A stretch of 64,000 bases of DNA from Thermoanaerobaculia bacterium (GCA_963664405.1 OY761158.1:4352001-4416000); one strand, 5' to 3'; counted from the first letter of the stretch, positions 28,835 through 38,815 are shown. Notes: generated by a model from the letters alone, not told the origin. Numbers and translations are program-made.

Positions 28835-29830
28835 ATGAGCGCTTTGCGAAGGGTTGTTTTTTTCGGCTCGCCCGAGTTTGCTCTGCCGACGCTCGCAGCT
28901 CTGTGCTCTTCGCCATACCGGCCGATTCTGGTGGTGAGTCAACCGGCACGCCGGGCAGGTCGGGGGAAACGCCTCCAGGAGCCTCCCGTCGCCGAATGGG
29001 CGCGGCGCGAGGGGCTGGAGGTTTCGCAACCGGAGCGGGTCCGGAGTCCTGAGTTTCTCGCCGAGCTCTCCTCTCTCCAGCCTGATGCAGCTGTGGTCGT
29101 GGCCTTTGGCCAGATCTTCCCTCAGAGTCTGCTCGACATTCCCACTCAGGGCTGCGTCAATCTTCACGGCTCGCTGCTCCCGCGCTATCGGGGAGCCGCT
29201 CCGATCCAGGCAGCCATTGCCGCCGGCGAGAGTGGGACCGGAGTGACGACGATGCGCATGGAGGCCGGCCTCGACACTGGACCGATCTACCTCCAAGAGA
29301 GCCTTCCCATCGGCGACGGCGAGAGTGCTCCAGAGCTCTCCGTTCGAATGGCCGAGCTGGGCGCCGCATTGATGATCGAGACCCTCCAAGGTCTCGAGAG
29401 TGGGGATCTGCAACCTCGAGAGCAGGACGATGCGGCTGCGACCCTCGCCCCGCGGCTGACGCGGGAAGACGGTTATGTCGAATGGACCCGAGACCCGGAC
29501 GAGATCTGGCGTCGCAGCCTCGCTCTTCGACCATGGCCCGGACTGACCGCACTCTGTAGCGACCGGCCTCTAAAGCTGCTCGAAGTAGAGCCTGCCGTCA
29601 CCGGGACTCGAGAGGTCGCCGGGACCCCGGAAATCGCCGAGGTCGAGCCTGGAACCTTTCTCGGCGTCGAAGGGCGGTCGGTGCTGGTGGCTGCCGGTGG
29701 CGGATGCCTCGCTCTTCTTCGGGTTCAGCGCCCGGGCCGCCGAGAGCTCTCGGGAGCCGATTTCGTGAACGGAGAAGATCTCACCGTCGGTGCGGTCGAA
29801 TTCACCAGCCTCGGTCGTGGAGACGGTTGA
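28835..29830 (+). CDS. fmt: Methionyl-tRNA formyltransferase
   Basis: FFGSPEFA, VVAFGQI, NLHGSLLPRYRGAAPIQ, GLDTG, PWPG. Confidence 0.97.
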   Translation: MSALRRVVFFGSPEFALPTLAALCSSPYRPILVVSQPARRAGRGKRLQEPPVAEWARREGLEVSQPERVRSPEFLAELSSLQPDAAVVVAFGQIFPQSLLDIPTQGCVNLHGSLLPRYRGAAPIQAAIAAGESGTGVTTMRMEAGLDTGPIYLQESLPIGDGESAPELSVRMAELGAALMIETLQGLESGDLQPREQDDAAATLAPRLTREDGYVEWTRDPDEIWRRSLALRPWPGLTALCSDRPLKLLEVEPAVTGTREVAGTPEIAEVEPGTFLGVEGRSVLVAAGGGCLALLRVQRPGRRELSGADFVNGEDLTVGAVEFTSLGRGDG

Positions 29831-29831
29831 C

Positions 29832-31241
29832 GTGGCGCGACGAAAATCAGAGGGCGGCGGAAGGATTCGTCACGGCGCGCCTGGTCGACGAATGACCACC
29901 GCCCGCAACCCCCACGACCAGGTGCGTGCCGAGGCGGCCTGGGTAGTGGAGCGCACTCTCAACTCGCGTGCACCCGCCGACACTTTTCTACAGGGCGCTC
30001 TGGACCGCTGTGACCCTCGCGACGCGGGTCTCCTACGTGAGCTCGTTCTGGGCACCTTGCGTTGGCTGCGGAGGCTCGATGATGTGATCGGGCATGCCAG
30101 TGAGCGCAGCCTGGAAAAGATCGAGCCGGCGCTGCTGGCGCCGATGCGAGTTGCGGCCTACCAGATCTTCTTCCTGGATCGCGTGCCGATGCACGCGGTG
30201 GTGAACGAAGCAGTGGAGCACGCCCGGTCGCTGACCCATCGTGGGGGTGCGAGCTTTGTCAATGCGGTACTGCGGCGCATCGCCCGAGCGCCATCGCTGG
30301 AGCAATGGCCGATCGAGGAGAGTCGGGAGACGAGACGGCTCGCGATCGAGCTCAGCCACCCCGACTTCTTGGTCGAGCGCTGGTGGGCGCGCCTTGGAGA
30401 GGCTTCGACGCGCCGACTCCTCGAGGCCAATAATCGGCCCAAGCCGTTGCACTTGATGGCTTCCCGCGACCGCGGAGGGCGCGAGCTTCTTGCCGAATCG
30501 CTGATCGACGAGGGCTGTGAGGTCGAGGCTTCGGCATTGGCACCGCTCGGCCTCAAAGTGCGCGCCGGCCGGCCCTTGGACACTCGAGCCTTTCGAGAAG
30601 GGGAGTTCTATGTCCAGGACGAAGCTTCTCAGGCGGCGGCCCTTGTTCCCTCGCCGCAGCCCGGCGAGCGGGTTTTGGATCTGGCCGCCGCTCCGGGAGG
30701 AAAGAGCTTTGCGCTGATGGCGATGGAGCCCACGCTTGATTGCGTGCTCTCGGACCTTGATCCGGGGCGGATCGGGCTGGTGCGCGCTAATTTCAAACGG
30801 CTTGGCCGCTCCGGGGGATTGGTTGTCGCCGATGCTCGAAGGAGCCCATTCGTCGGCGTCTTCGATCGGGTTGTTCTCGACGTTCCCTGTAGCGGCACCG
30901 GAACGTTTCGTAAACATCCGGAGCTCAAGTGGAGGTTGAGCGAGGGCGAGATCGATCGCTTGAGTCGCCAGTCTCTGCGCCTGGCGCGAGCAAGCTGTGA
31001 CCTCGTTCGCCCCGGCGGCTTGCTCACCGTCATCAGCTGCTCGCTCGAAGAGGAGGAGAACGAAGACGTGGTGACGAGCCTGCTCGCCGAGCGCAGCGAC
31101 TTCGGCCGCTGCGAGCTCGACGGTTGCGTCATTCACTCTCTGGCGGCGCATGTCGTGGGACCCGGTTTTCTGCGCATCTGGACTGCTGATGACCACGACG
31201 GATTCAGTGTCTCGGTACTGCGTCGCAAAGGAGAGCCTTAA
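29832..31241 (+). CDS. rsmB: 16S rRNA m5C methyltransferase RsmB/Sun (NusB-like + methyltransferase domains)
   Basis: ELVLGTLRW, FVNAVLR, VQDEASQ, DLAAAPGGKS, DVPCSGTG, SCS...EENE; alternative start at 29892. Confidence 0.93.
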   Translation: MARRKSEGGGRIRHGAPGRRMTTARNPHDQVRAEAAWVVERTLNSRAPADTFLQGALDRCDPRDAGLLRELVLGTLRWLRRLDDVIGHASERSLEKIEPALLAPMRVAAYQIFFLDRVPMHAVVNEAVEHARSLTHRGGASFVNAVLRRIARAPSLEQWPIEESRETRRLAIELSHPDFLVERWWARLGEASTRRLLEANNRPKPLHLMASRDRGGRELLAESLIDEGCEVEASALAPLGLKVRAGRPLDTRAFREGEFYVQDEASQAAALVPSPQPGERVLDLAAAPGGKSFALMAMEPTLDCVLSDLDPGRIGLVRANFKRLGRSGGLVVADARRSPFVGVFDRVVLDVPCSGTGTFRKHPELKWRLSEGEIDRLSRQSLRLARASCDLVRPGGLLTVISCSLEEEENEDVVTSLLAERSDFGRCELDGCVIHSLAAHVVGPGFLRIWTADDHDGFSVSVLRRKGEP

Positions 31242-31256
31242 GGCAGTCGGAATGTG

Positions 31257-31285
31257 TTGACAGGGCCCGATACATGCCGTATCTT
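31257..31285 (+). promoter_or_regulatory. Putative sigma70 promoter of the HU gene
   Basis: TTGACA-17 bp-TATCTT. Confidence 0.6.
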
Positions 31286-31326
31286 CCCTTCAAGCCCCAC
31301 TAGTTAACCGTCAAGGAGAAGAAAAG

Positions 31327-31602
31327 ATGGCTGGAAAAGCGGACATCGTGGATGAGATTGCGGCCAAGGCCGGAGTATCGAAGAAGCAAGCAGCGGATGC
31401 GCTAGACGCGGCGATTGGCGCCATAACCGGCGCTCTGACCAGCGGAGAGCGCGTGCAGGTTCCTGGTTTCGGCAGCTTCTCGGTGAAGAGGCGAGAGGCA
31501 CGTATGGGGCGCAATCCGGCTACCGGAGCCTCCATCCACATTCCGGCCAGTAACAGCGTGCGCTTCAAGCAGGGTAAAGATCTAAAGGAAGCGGTCAACT
31601 AA
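31327..31602 (+). CDS. hup: DNA-binding protein HU
   Basis: GFGSF, R.GRNPATG, F..GK.LKEAVN. Confidence 0.97.
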   Translation: MAGKADIVDEIAAKAGVSKKQAADALDAAIGAITGALTSGERVQVPGFGSFSVKRREARMGRNPATGASIHIPASNSVRFKQGKDLKEAVN

Positions 31603-31818
31603 TCGGCTTCTGAAGATCCCTACCGAAGCGCGATTCGCTTAGGGTCGGCGCGGAAATAAGTTTCCAGTATCTGGGGTGACCATACCACTGCCCCCTTCTT
31701 CAGCCACCGCATAATCCTCCGGTACGCGCCTTGTTTGCAAGGTTTAGAGCTAGCATAGCCCTGCCCGCATTTGGTATAGTTTCCCCTGTCACCTCTTTTG
31801 GAAGGGGAACTATACCAA

Positions 31819-32580
31819 ATGGTACGAGCCGAAGATCGTGATGCAACAGTGCGCGAGCTCTTGATGAGCGAACAGATGGCCACCATGGATGAGCTCAAGG
31901 ACGCCATGGGAACCCGAGCCACCATGACGGTCTACCGTTCGCTGTCTCGATTGGGCTATTTGGCCAGCTACTCGGATCGAGGGCGGTTCTATACCTTGAA
32001 CGAGATTCCCGATTTCGACGATCTGGGTTTGTGGTCGTGCGGTTCGGCGAGGTTCAGTCGGCATGGCAGCCTCCTCGAAACTGCGGTGGCTGCCGTGGAC
32101 CGGTCCGCTGCCGGCTATACGGCTTCTGAACTCGAGCTCCTGCTGCAGGTCGAGGTCAAGCACGCGATGTTGCACCTCGTTCGTCGCAAGAGAATCGTAC
32201 GATCCAGAGTTGGGAAGAGGTTCGTATACTTGTGCTCGGAAACAGGGCGCCGTCGTCAGCAGAAGCTGATGCGCAACGAACGGCAGGCTCTCCAGGATGT
32301 AGCTGCCAGCCTCGTTCCAGAAGTGCTCCCCGAGGAGCTCAGGGCTGCCATCGTTTTATTCTTCAGCCTGCTAGACGAACGCCAGCGGCGGCTCTTCGCT
32401 GGCCTGGAAGCGACCAAGCTCGGGCATGGCGGCGACCGGAAGATCGCCGATCTTCTGGACCTGGACCCTCATACAGTCGCAAAAGGACGTCGCGAGCTCT
32501 TCGGCGGCTCCGTGGAGCGCGGAAGAGTTCGAAGAGCAGGCGGTGGCAACCAACGAGTGGAAAAAAAACGCCCGAGATAG
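31819..32580 (+). CDS. ISAzo13 transposase, N-terminal frame
   Basis: LDERQRRLFAGLEA.KLGHGG...IA.LL....TV.KGRREL...RVRRAGGG; ends just after an A8 run. Confidence 0.85.
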   Translation: MVRAEDRDATVRELLMSEQMATMDELKDAMGTRATMTVYRSLSRLGYLASYSDRGRFYTLNEIPDFDDLGLWSCGSARFSRHGSLLETAVAAVDRSAAGYTASELELLLQVEVKHAMLHLVRRKRIVRSRVGKRFVYLCSETGRRRQQKLMRNERQALQDVAASLVPEVLPEELRAAIVLFFSLLDERQRRLFAGLEATKLGHGGDRKIADLLDLDPHTVAKGRRELFGGSVERGRVRRAGGGNQRVEKKRPR

Positions 32581-33626
32581 TCGATGGAATCCATTCCATA
32601 CTCGAGGCCGATATAGCTGGTGATCCCATGTCATCAAAAAGATGGACGCACGAGACCGCTGCAAAGGTGGCCCAATGCCTTGCCGAACGCCTTGACATCA
32701 TCGTATCGGCTACGGTGGTGCGTCGATTGCTCGCAGACCTGAACTATTCCCTCAAGAGCAATAGGAAATGTCTGTCTTCGGGGAACTCCCCAGATCGTGA
32801 TGCACAGTTCAAGGCCATCAAGCGACTGCGCGAGGATTTCACAAGCGCTGGCGACCCGATCATCAGCGTCGATACGAAGAAGAAGGAGCTGATCGGTCGG
32901 TTCAAGAACCAGGGACAGACATGGTGCCGCGAGGCCAAGCGGGTCAAGGATCACGACTTCCGGTCCGAAGCTCTCGCCATCGCCTCCCCCTATGGGATCT
33001 ACGATCTTCAGAGGAACTTCGGCGTTCTCGTCCTCGGACAGTCGTCGGACACGCCGGAGTTCGCTGTCAACAGCATCGCGACCTGGTGGCTCAAATACGG
33101 TCGATCTCACTATCCGGCGTCTCAGCGTCTCCTCATTCTTGCCGACAGCGGCGCAAGCAACGGCGCACGGCTTCGAGCCTGGAAGAAGTACCTCCAGGAG
33201 AAGCTCGTAGACAAGTGCGGCCTCATCATCACCGTCGCCCACTATCCAACTGGCACCAGTAAATGGAATCCCATCGAGCACAGGATGTTCAGCGAGATCA
33301 GCAAGAACTGGGCCGGAGTTCCTCTCGAGAGTTTCGAGATCCTCGTCAACCTCGTCCGCAACACGACGACATCCACCGGACTGCGCGTCGAGCCGTGCCG
33401 TGATCAACGCCAATACCAGAAAGGAGTCAGGGTATCGGACAAGGAAATGCTGCAGCTCGCGGTGGCCAGGAGCGACTTCCTAGGAAAGTGGAACTACACC
33501 CTCTCGCCGAGACCGCGAACCGAGCAGGAAGAGCTTGCCCCACAGCCTGGGCTCAGCTCACCACCACCTCCAATGCAGCGACCGCCCTGTGGCGCCTCGG
33601 CCTCACACGCTCCGGCGATAATGTGA
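32561..33626 (+). CDS. ISAzo13 transposase, catalytic frame (reached by -1 frameshift)
   Basis: GDPMS..RWT, DRDAQF, ISVDTKKKELIG.FKN.G, DHDF, PYGIYD, AD.G.SNG, HYPTGTSKWNPIEHRMFS. Confidence 0.9.
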
Positions 33627-33653
33627 AGTTATTTCCGCGCCGACCCTTAGGAG

Positions 33654-33695
33654 ACCCTGTGGCTCTTGAATAGAGCTGCAGGGTACTTTTTCTTT
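33654..33695 (+). terminator. Intrinsic terminator between convergent genes
   Basis: ACCCTGTGGCTCT-tgaat-AGAGCTGCAGGGT followed by a T-rich tail. Confidence 0.75.
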
Positions 33696-34386
33696 AGTCG
33701 CTGGGCCGGCTTCTGTTCTCGTACAGTTTGGCGAGACGCTGGGGCGGAGCCCCCAGGAAGTAGAGCAACCAGATCAGCCAATTGGTGGCGACCGTGCGCA
33801 CGATGCCGTGCTTCGTGAAGCGCCTGGCAGAAGTGGTTACGTGCGCCGGCAGGATCGCGATCTCACCGCGTCGGCCGATGCGGCGGATGAGGTCGAGATC
33901 CTCGAGAATGGGCCAGTCTCGAAAACCGCCAAGCTCGCGAAAGATCTTGGCGCTGATGAACTGGGCTTGATCGCCCAGCGGCGCTCGCAAGAGGAGGGTA
34001 CGAAGATTGACGATTCGAGCCCCGAGTGCAAAGAGTCGACTCGAGTCATCGAAGCTCACGCGAAAGCCTCCCCCCGCGGCCCCTCCTTTCGCTGCCTCGT
34101 CGATGAGGTGCCGTGCCCTCGGAGGCAGGCGAGTGTCGGCGTGCAGGAAGAGAAGCGTTTCAGCCCCTTCCTCCAGAGCATCAGCCGCCCCGGCGTTGAG
34201 CTGTGTACCGCGTCCAGGCGCCGACTTGACCACTCTTGCTCCCAGCCGACTGGCGATCTCGACCGAGCCGTCGACGCTGCCGCCGTCAACCACTACGGTC
34301 AGGTCCGCGACCTCGACAGCAGCCTCGAGGTTCTCGAGCAAGGATTCCGCTTCGTTGATTACGGGGATGACGATGCCGAGTCGCAT
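33694..34386 (-). CDS. GT2 glycosyltransferase (TIGR04283-like)
   Basis: IVIPVINE, VVDGGS.D, GRG.QLNAGA, LFLHADT, GDQAQF, PILED, TSARR. Confidence 0.88.
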   Translation of the reverse strand: MRLGIVIPVINEAESLLENLEAAVEVADLTVVVDGGSVDGSVEIASRLGARVVKSAPGRGTQLNAGAADALEEGAETLLFLHADTRLPPRARHLIDEAAKGGAAGGGFRVSFDDSSRLFALGARIVNLRTLLLRAPLGDQAQFISAKIFRELGGFRDWPILEDLDLIRRIGRRGEIAILPAHVTTSARRFTKHGIVRTVATNWLIWLLYFLGAPPQRLAKLYENRSRPSD

Positions 34387-34419
34387 TGGGGGTGCTAGCA
34401 TAGCGAGCCCCGGCGCAGC

Positions 34420-34926
34420 ATGAGCTCGAAAAAACTCACGCATGTCGATGCATCCGGGCGCCCAGCCATGGTTGACGTCTCCGAGAAGGCGATCACCCGG
34501 CGAGTAGCAGAGGCCTCTTGCCGAGTGCTCCTCTCCGCCGAGACCCGTGAATGCCTCGACAGGCTGCCCAAAGGCGATGCCCTCGTTGTAGCGCGCCTCG
34601 CCGGCATCCAGGCGGCGAAGAGGGTCGACGAATTGATCCCCCTCGCGCACAGTCTAAATCTCGAGCACGTCGATGTCGATGTTCGCCCTGCTCCTTGTGG
34701 TGCGGAGATTCGCTGTAGCGTGGTCGTGACCGGGCGGACCGGGGCGGAGATGGAGGCTCTGACCGGGTGCGCTGCCGCTGCACTGACGGTCTACGACATG
34801 GTCAAGGCGGTCGAGCGCGACGCCTCGATCACGGACCTGCGCCTCGAGGCCAAGAGTGGTGGCCGAAGCGGTGATTGGAGACGGGAGCCTTTGGGTGCCG
34901 GCTCCGAGGGCCCTGCTGGCGAATGA
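34420..34926 (+). CDS. moaC: Cyclic pyranopterin monophosphate synthase
   Basis: LTHVD..G...MVDVSEK, KGD, LIPLAH, TG.EMEAL, YDMVKAV, KSGGRSG. Confidence 0.96.
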   Translation: MSSKKLTHVDASGRPAMVDVSEKAITRRVAEASCRVLLSAETRECLDRLPKGDALVVARLAGIQAAKRVDELIPLAHSLNLEHVDVDVRPAPCGAEIRCSVVVTGRTGAEMEALTGCAAAALTVYDMVKAVERDASITDLRLEAKSGGRSGDWRREPLGAGSEGPAGE

Positions 34927-36098
34927 TCCGTTGCGGTCTCGATCGCCTCCTGCGTGACACGAGTAGCCTGGCGGAGCGGAGCTATGGCCTGCTCGCGCAC
35001 GGTGCTTCGGTAACGTCGGATCTCTCTCCGATCGTTCCGGCGCTGACGCGGAGTGCGGCGGGCCCCCCACTGCGCCTGTTCGCTCCCGAGCACGGTTTTT
35101 GGGGTGTGGAGCAAGACATGATCAGCGTCGATGCGCGTCGAGATCCCTATTTCGATCTCGAAACGGTTTCTCTCTATGGCAGCGACGAGGCCTCCTTGAG
35201 ACCTCAGCCCTCCTGTTTTGAGGGACTCGAAATCTTGTTGATCGATCTTCAGGACGTCGGAGCGCGCTACTACACCTACGCTGCAACTGCGATTTGGGCG
35301 GCCGAGGCAGCGCTTGCGGCGGAGGTCGAGATTTGGGTGCTCGACCGCCCCAACCCTCTCGGTGGGCTTCAGGTGGAAGGCGGTTTGCCGGATCCGGGGT
35401 TCGAGTCCTTTGTCAGTGCCTTCGACCTGCCGGTGCGTCACGGTCTGACCCTGGGAGAGCTCCATCGCTTGGAGGCACAGCGGCGGGGCTGGGACGAAGC
35501 CGGCCTGCGTATCTTGCCGGTCGAGGGGTGGCAAAGAGAGGTGCCCTCTAAGCGAGCGGGCTGGACCTGGCGGTCGCCGTCACCGAATATGCCCACCCAG
35601 GAGACAGCTTTCGTCTACCCGGGCGGCTGTCTGATCGAGGCAACAGAGCTGTCTGAGGGACGCGGGACCACTCAGCCTTTCCATCTCGTGGGTGCACCAG
35701 GCCTCGACGGTCTCGAATTGGCGAAGCGGATGAATGCTCGTGGCCTCCCCGGCGCGCGCTACCTGCCGACATGCTTTCGCCCGCAATTCCAAAAACACGG
35801 GGGTCGTGCTTGTGGTGGGGTCGAGATCGTGGTGACCGATCAAGAGGTGTTTCCGTCGTATCGCGCGGGAGTGGAGTTGTTGGAGGAGGTTTGGAGCCTG
35901 GATCCAGATGCCGCGGCCTGGCGCTCCGAGCCTTACGAGTTCGTTATTGATCGGCCGGCTATCGACCTCTTGACTGGGGGCGAGGATTGTCGCCGACTCC
36001 TCGAAGAGGGTGGTGACGTCGCAGACTGGATTGCTTCGTGGAGCGAAGGAGAGCGCTCTTTCTTGGAAGAACGCGAGTCGGTGTTGCTTTACTCCTGA
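34923..36098 (+). CDS. DUF1343/NamZ-family exo-beta-N-acetylmuramidase
   Basis: LFAPEHG, SLYG, DLQDVGARYYTY, LDRPNP, RHGLTLGE, PSPNMP, SEGRGTT.PF. Confidence 0.9.
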   Translation: MIRCGLDRLLRDTSSLAERSYGLLAHGASVTSDLSPIVPALTRSAAGPPLRLFAPEHGFWGVEQDMISVDARRDPYFDLETVSLYGSDEASLRPQPSCFEGLEILLIDLQDVGARYYTYAATAIWAAEAALAAEVEIWVLDRPNPLGGLQVEGGLPDPGFESFVSAFDLPVRHGLTLGELHRLEAQRRGWDEAGLRILPVEGWQREVPSKRAGWTWRSPSPNMPTQETAFVYPGGCLIEATELSEGRGTTQPFHLVGAPGLDGLELAKRMNARGLPGARYLPTCFRPQFQKHGGRACGGVEIVVTDQEVFPSYRAGVELLEEVWSLDPDAAAWRSEPYEFVIDRPAIDLLTGGEDCRRLLEEGGDVADWIASWSEGERSFLEERESVLLYS

Positions 36099-36101
36099 GC
36101 G

Positions 36102-36512
36102 ATGGCTGTAGTTCACGCAATTCGCGTCGACCGAGGTGTAGAGATCTTTGCGCCGCTTGTCGCTGCGCTTCTCGAGAAGGGATACCGCGTCGGGTGGCTC
36201 GAGCTGCGCGCCCCGCCCGCTCTCGACCTCCCTCTCGAGAACGCGCTCGATGCGGGTGCTTTTCGTGTTGTGGCCGTGGGTGCGGGTCGGAGTTTGGCGG
36301 CGAAGTCGATGAAGGGCTCTCCGGTGCTCGAGGACGTCTTACGAGAGTCTTTCAAGGGTTGTCGCTTGGTCTTTGTTCAGGGCGAGTCGCGACTCCCGCA
36401 GCTTCGCGCCGCGGCCGGCCAATGGGAGCTGGTCACCCCCGAAGGAGCCGTCAGGCGACTCAGCTCTGCCGAGTTTGTCCGCGCCGTCGGCCGTCCAAGT
36501 CTCCACAAATGA
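36102..36512 (+). CDS. Hypothetical protein, degenerate MobB-like
   Basis: LV..L..KGYRVG, AGA..V, LVFVQG echo MobB, but there is no P-loop. Confidence 0.55.
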   Translation: MAVVHAIRVDRGVEIFAPLVAALLEKGYRVGWLELRAPPALDLPLENALDAGAFRVVAVGAGRSLAAKSMKGSPVLEDVLRESFKGCRLVFVQGESRLPQLRAAAGQWELVTPEGAVRRLSSAEFVRAVGRPSLHK

Positions 36513-36626
36513 TCGCGACTCGTTGGGCCGAATTCAGGAGAGGTTACCCCCTCCTACACGGGGCTCTGTTGGAGTAGGATCGGCTCGCCTCTCACGTTGG
36601 GGGGCAGGGATGGAGGGAGCCCTGGA

Positions 36627-38195
36627 ATGTACCGCATCGTCATATCAGATCCGCTCGAGAGTTCTGGCGTAGAGCGCCTACGTGAGGCTGGCGCCGAGGT
36701 GCTCGAGCTTCAAGACCGTGAGCGCCTACCGGAGATCATCGGGGAATTCGACGCTCTCATTGTGCGCAGCGGCACTCAGGTGACAGCCGAGATTCTGGAG
36801 GCCGGAACGCGCCTCAAGGTGGTTGGCAGAGCCGGAGTCGGAGTCGACAACGTCGATGTGCTGCGCGCCACGGAGCTTGGCATCCTGGTGGTCAATGCGC
36901 CGACTGCGAACCTCCTGTCAGCCACCGAGCACACCTTTGCTCTTCTGCTCTCGTTGGTGCGCCATGTCTCTGCCGCCGATAGCAAGCTGAAGGAAGGAGT
37001 GTGGGACCGCAAGGCCTTTGTTGGCCAAGAGCTCTATGGTAAGACTCTGGGGATTGTCGGTTTGGGGCAGATCGGAAAGCGGGTAGCGGATCGGGCCAAG
37101 GCGTTCGAGATGAAGGTGGTCGCCTACGACCCCTTTCTCGATGCGGAGGCCGCACGGCGGCTCGGCGTCGAGCTGATGGAGGTCGACGAGATGTTGCCCG
37201 TGGTCGACGCCCTTACTTTCCACACCCCGCTCACCGACCAGACCCGCGGTCTCCTCGGCAAAGAGCAACTGGCCAAGATGAAGGCTGGCGCCGTGGTGAT
37301 CAACTGCGGGCGAGGTGGCGTGGTCGACGAGGACGCTCTGCTCTCGGCGCTCGAGTCAGGCCATATCGGCGGCGCCGGTCTCGACGTTTTTAGCCAAGAG
37401 CCTCCGGCCAGCTTCGATCTGGTTTCACATCCCAATGTAGTGGCGACACCGCATCTCGGCGCCCAGACCAAGGAGGCTCAGCAGCGAGTAGCCACCCAGA
37501 TCACCGACATGGTGCTGGCGGCCCTCGGCGGCTCGATGTCGGTGAGTGCGGTCAATCTTCCGTTTCGGCCGGCGGCCGGTCCGAGTGAGGCTTTCTTGCT
37601 CCTCGGCGAGCAACTCGGTCGACTGGCGAGCTCGCTTTCCGGCGGTAGCGTCAAACAGATCGAGGTCGATCTGTGGGGGATCGACGATGACATGCGCGCG
37701 CCGATCTCCGTGGCCGCGACCAAGGGAGCGATGGTTCCCTTTCTCGGTGAGGTGGTGAACTTCGTCAACGCCGAGAAGATCGCTTCAGATCGCGGCATCG
37801 AAGTCGTGCGCGCGGTGCACTCACAGAGCGCCGACTATTCGCACTTGATCGGAGTTACTCTGAAGGGAGAGCAAGGAGAGATCGAGGTCCAAGGAACTCT
37901 CTATGGCAGCGGTGATCCGAGAGTCGTCGGTATTTGGGGCTTCCAGCTCGAGTTCCGACCGCAGGGGAAACTGCTGGTGCTGCGCAACGACGACATCCCG
38001 GGCTTTGTGGGACGCCTGGGCACTCTGCTCGGTGAGTCGAAGATCAATATCGCCGACATCCACCTGGCTCGCGACGAAAAATCGAATGATGCGTTGGCGG
38101 TTCTACGGCTCGATCAGGAGCCCTCGGCCGAGGTCTTGGCGCGGCTTCAGGATCTTCCCGAGGTTCAGGAGACTCACGTCTTCGATCTCGGCTGA
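36627..38195 (+). CDS. serA: D-3-phosphoglycerate dehydrogenase (long form with ASB and ACT domains)
   Basis: GRAGVGVDNVD, GLGQIG, INCGRGG, TPHLGAQT.EAQ, ND.PG..G.LG. Confidence 0.97.
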   Translation: MYRIVISDPLESSGVERLREAGAEVLELQDRERLPEIIGEFDALIVRSGTQVTAEILEAGTRLKVVGRAGVGVDNVDVLRATELGILVVNAPTANLLSATEHTFALLLSLVRHVSAADSKLKEGVWDRKAFVGQELYGKTLGIVGLGQIGKRVADRAKAFEMKVVAYDPFLDAEAARRLGVELMEVDEMLPVVDALTFHTPLTDQTRGLLGKEQLAKMKAGAVVINCGRGGVVDEDALLSALESGHIGGAGLDVFSQEPPASFDLVSHPNVVATPHLGAQTKEAQQRVATQITDMVLAALGGSMSVSAVNLPFRPAAGPSEAFLLLGEQLGRLASSLSGGSVKQIEVDLWGIDDDMRAPISVAATKGAMVPFLGEVVNFVNAEKIASDRGIEVVRAVHSQSADYSHLIGVTLKGEQGEIEVQGTLYGSGDPRVVGIWGFQLEFRPQGKLLVLRNDDIPGFVGRLGTLLGESKINIADIHLARDEKSNDALAVLRLDQEPSAEVLARLQDLPEVQETHVFDLG

Positions 38196-38815
38196 TTCGG
38201 AGCGCTGAGGAGGACCGCTTCGTAGCCTTCTCTAGCGAGGCTGCGACGAAGCGATAGAGCCCGCTTGTGAGTTTGTTGCCCGCCCAGGCGGACCCGGTGC
38301 CAGCCTCCTTCGGAGAGCACCGCGACGTCCGGATACTTGGGCCGAAGCTCGGCGGCGAGGAGCTCGGCTCGCTGGCGGGCCTGGAACGCTCCGACCTGCA
38401 CCACATATGCCGCAGAGGCCGGCGAAGGCAGCTCGACGACGCGGAGGCGAATCCGGGCGATACCCGCTGCCTCCATTCCCAGCTCAGCGGCGGCGGCGCG
38501 AGAGAGGTCGAGAATCCGGCCCCGCACGAAGGGTCCCCGATCATTGATGCGGACCTGGAGCGTTCGTCCGTTCTCCAGGTTCTCGACATCGACCACAGTG
38601 CCGAGCGGCAGAGTTCGATGAGCGGCCGAGATGCCGTTCATGTCGAAGACCTCGCCGCTGGCTGTTGGCTTGCCGTGAAAGCCGGGTCCGTACCATGAGG
38701 CGATACCCACCTGTTTCTTTGGTGGCCGCGAAGAGCTGCAACCGGCAGCGACGAGGGCAAGAATGAGGAGAAGAGAACGAAAGCAGACAGCGGTGCGCTG
38801 ACGGCCGCAGGTCAC
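38174..38815 (-). CDS. rlpA: Septal ring lytic transglycosylase RlpA-family lipoprotein with SPOR domain
   Basis: Lipobox AAGC, ASWYG..FHG..TASGE, AAHRTLPLG, INDRGPF, VQVGAF. Confidence 0.93.
   Translation of the reverse strand: MTCGRQRTAVCFRSLLLILALVAAGCSSSRPPKKQVGIASWYGPGFHGKPTASGEVFDMNGISAAHRTLPLGTVVDVENLENGRTLQVRINDRGPFVRGRILDLSRAAAAELGMEAAGIARIRLRVVELPSPASAAYVVQVGAFQARQRAELLAAELRPKYPDVAVLSEGGWHRVRLGGQQTHKRALSLRRSLAREGYEAVLLSAPNQPRSKT

Larger units (their letters stand above)
31642..33646 (+). mobile_element. ISAzo13-family insertion sequence, 2005 bp
   Basis: Perfect 18-bp TIR GGGTCGGCGCGGAAATAA, flanked on both sides by TTA (31639-41 and 33647-49); two overlapping transposase ORFs. 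Confidence 0.93.

Noticed and set aside
27576-28949. Long antisense or alternate-frame ORFs (also 39469-40689, 30033-31196, 4935-5900, 63033-63998)
   Set aside because: Shadow frames of well-supported genes in high-GC DNA, with no recognisable motifs.
36513-36626. Riboswitch upstream of serA
   Set aside because: Hairpins are present (AGGAGAGG/CCCCTCCT) but no glycine or other riboswitch consensus could be recognised.
38174-38195. 22-bp convergent overlap of serA and rlpA
   Set aside because: Ordinary tail-to-tail overlap in a compact high-GC genome.
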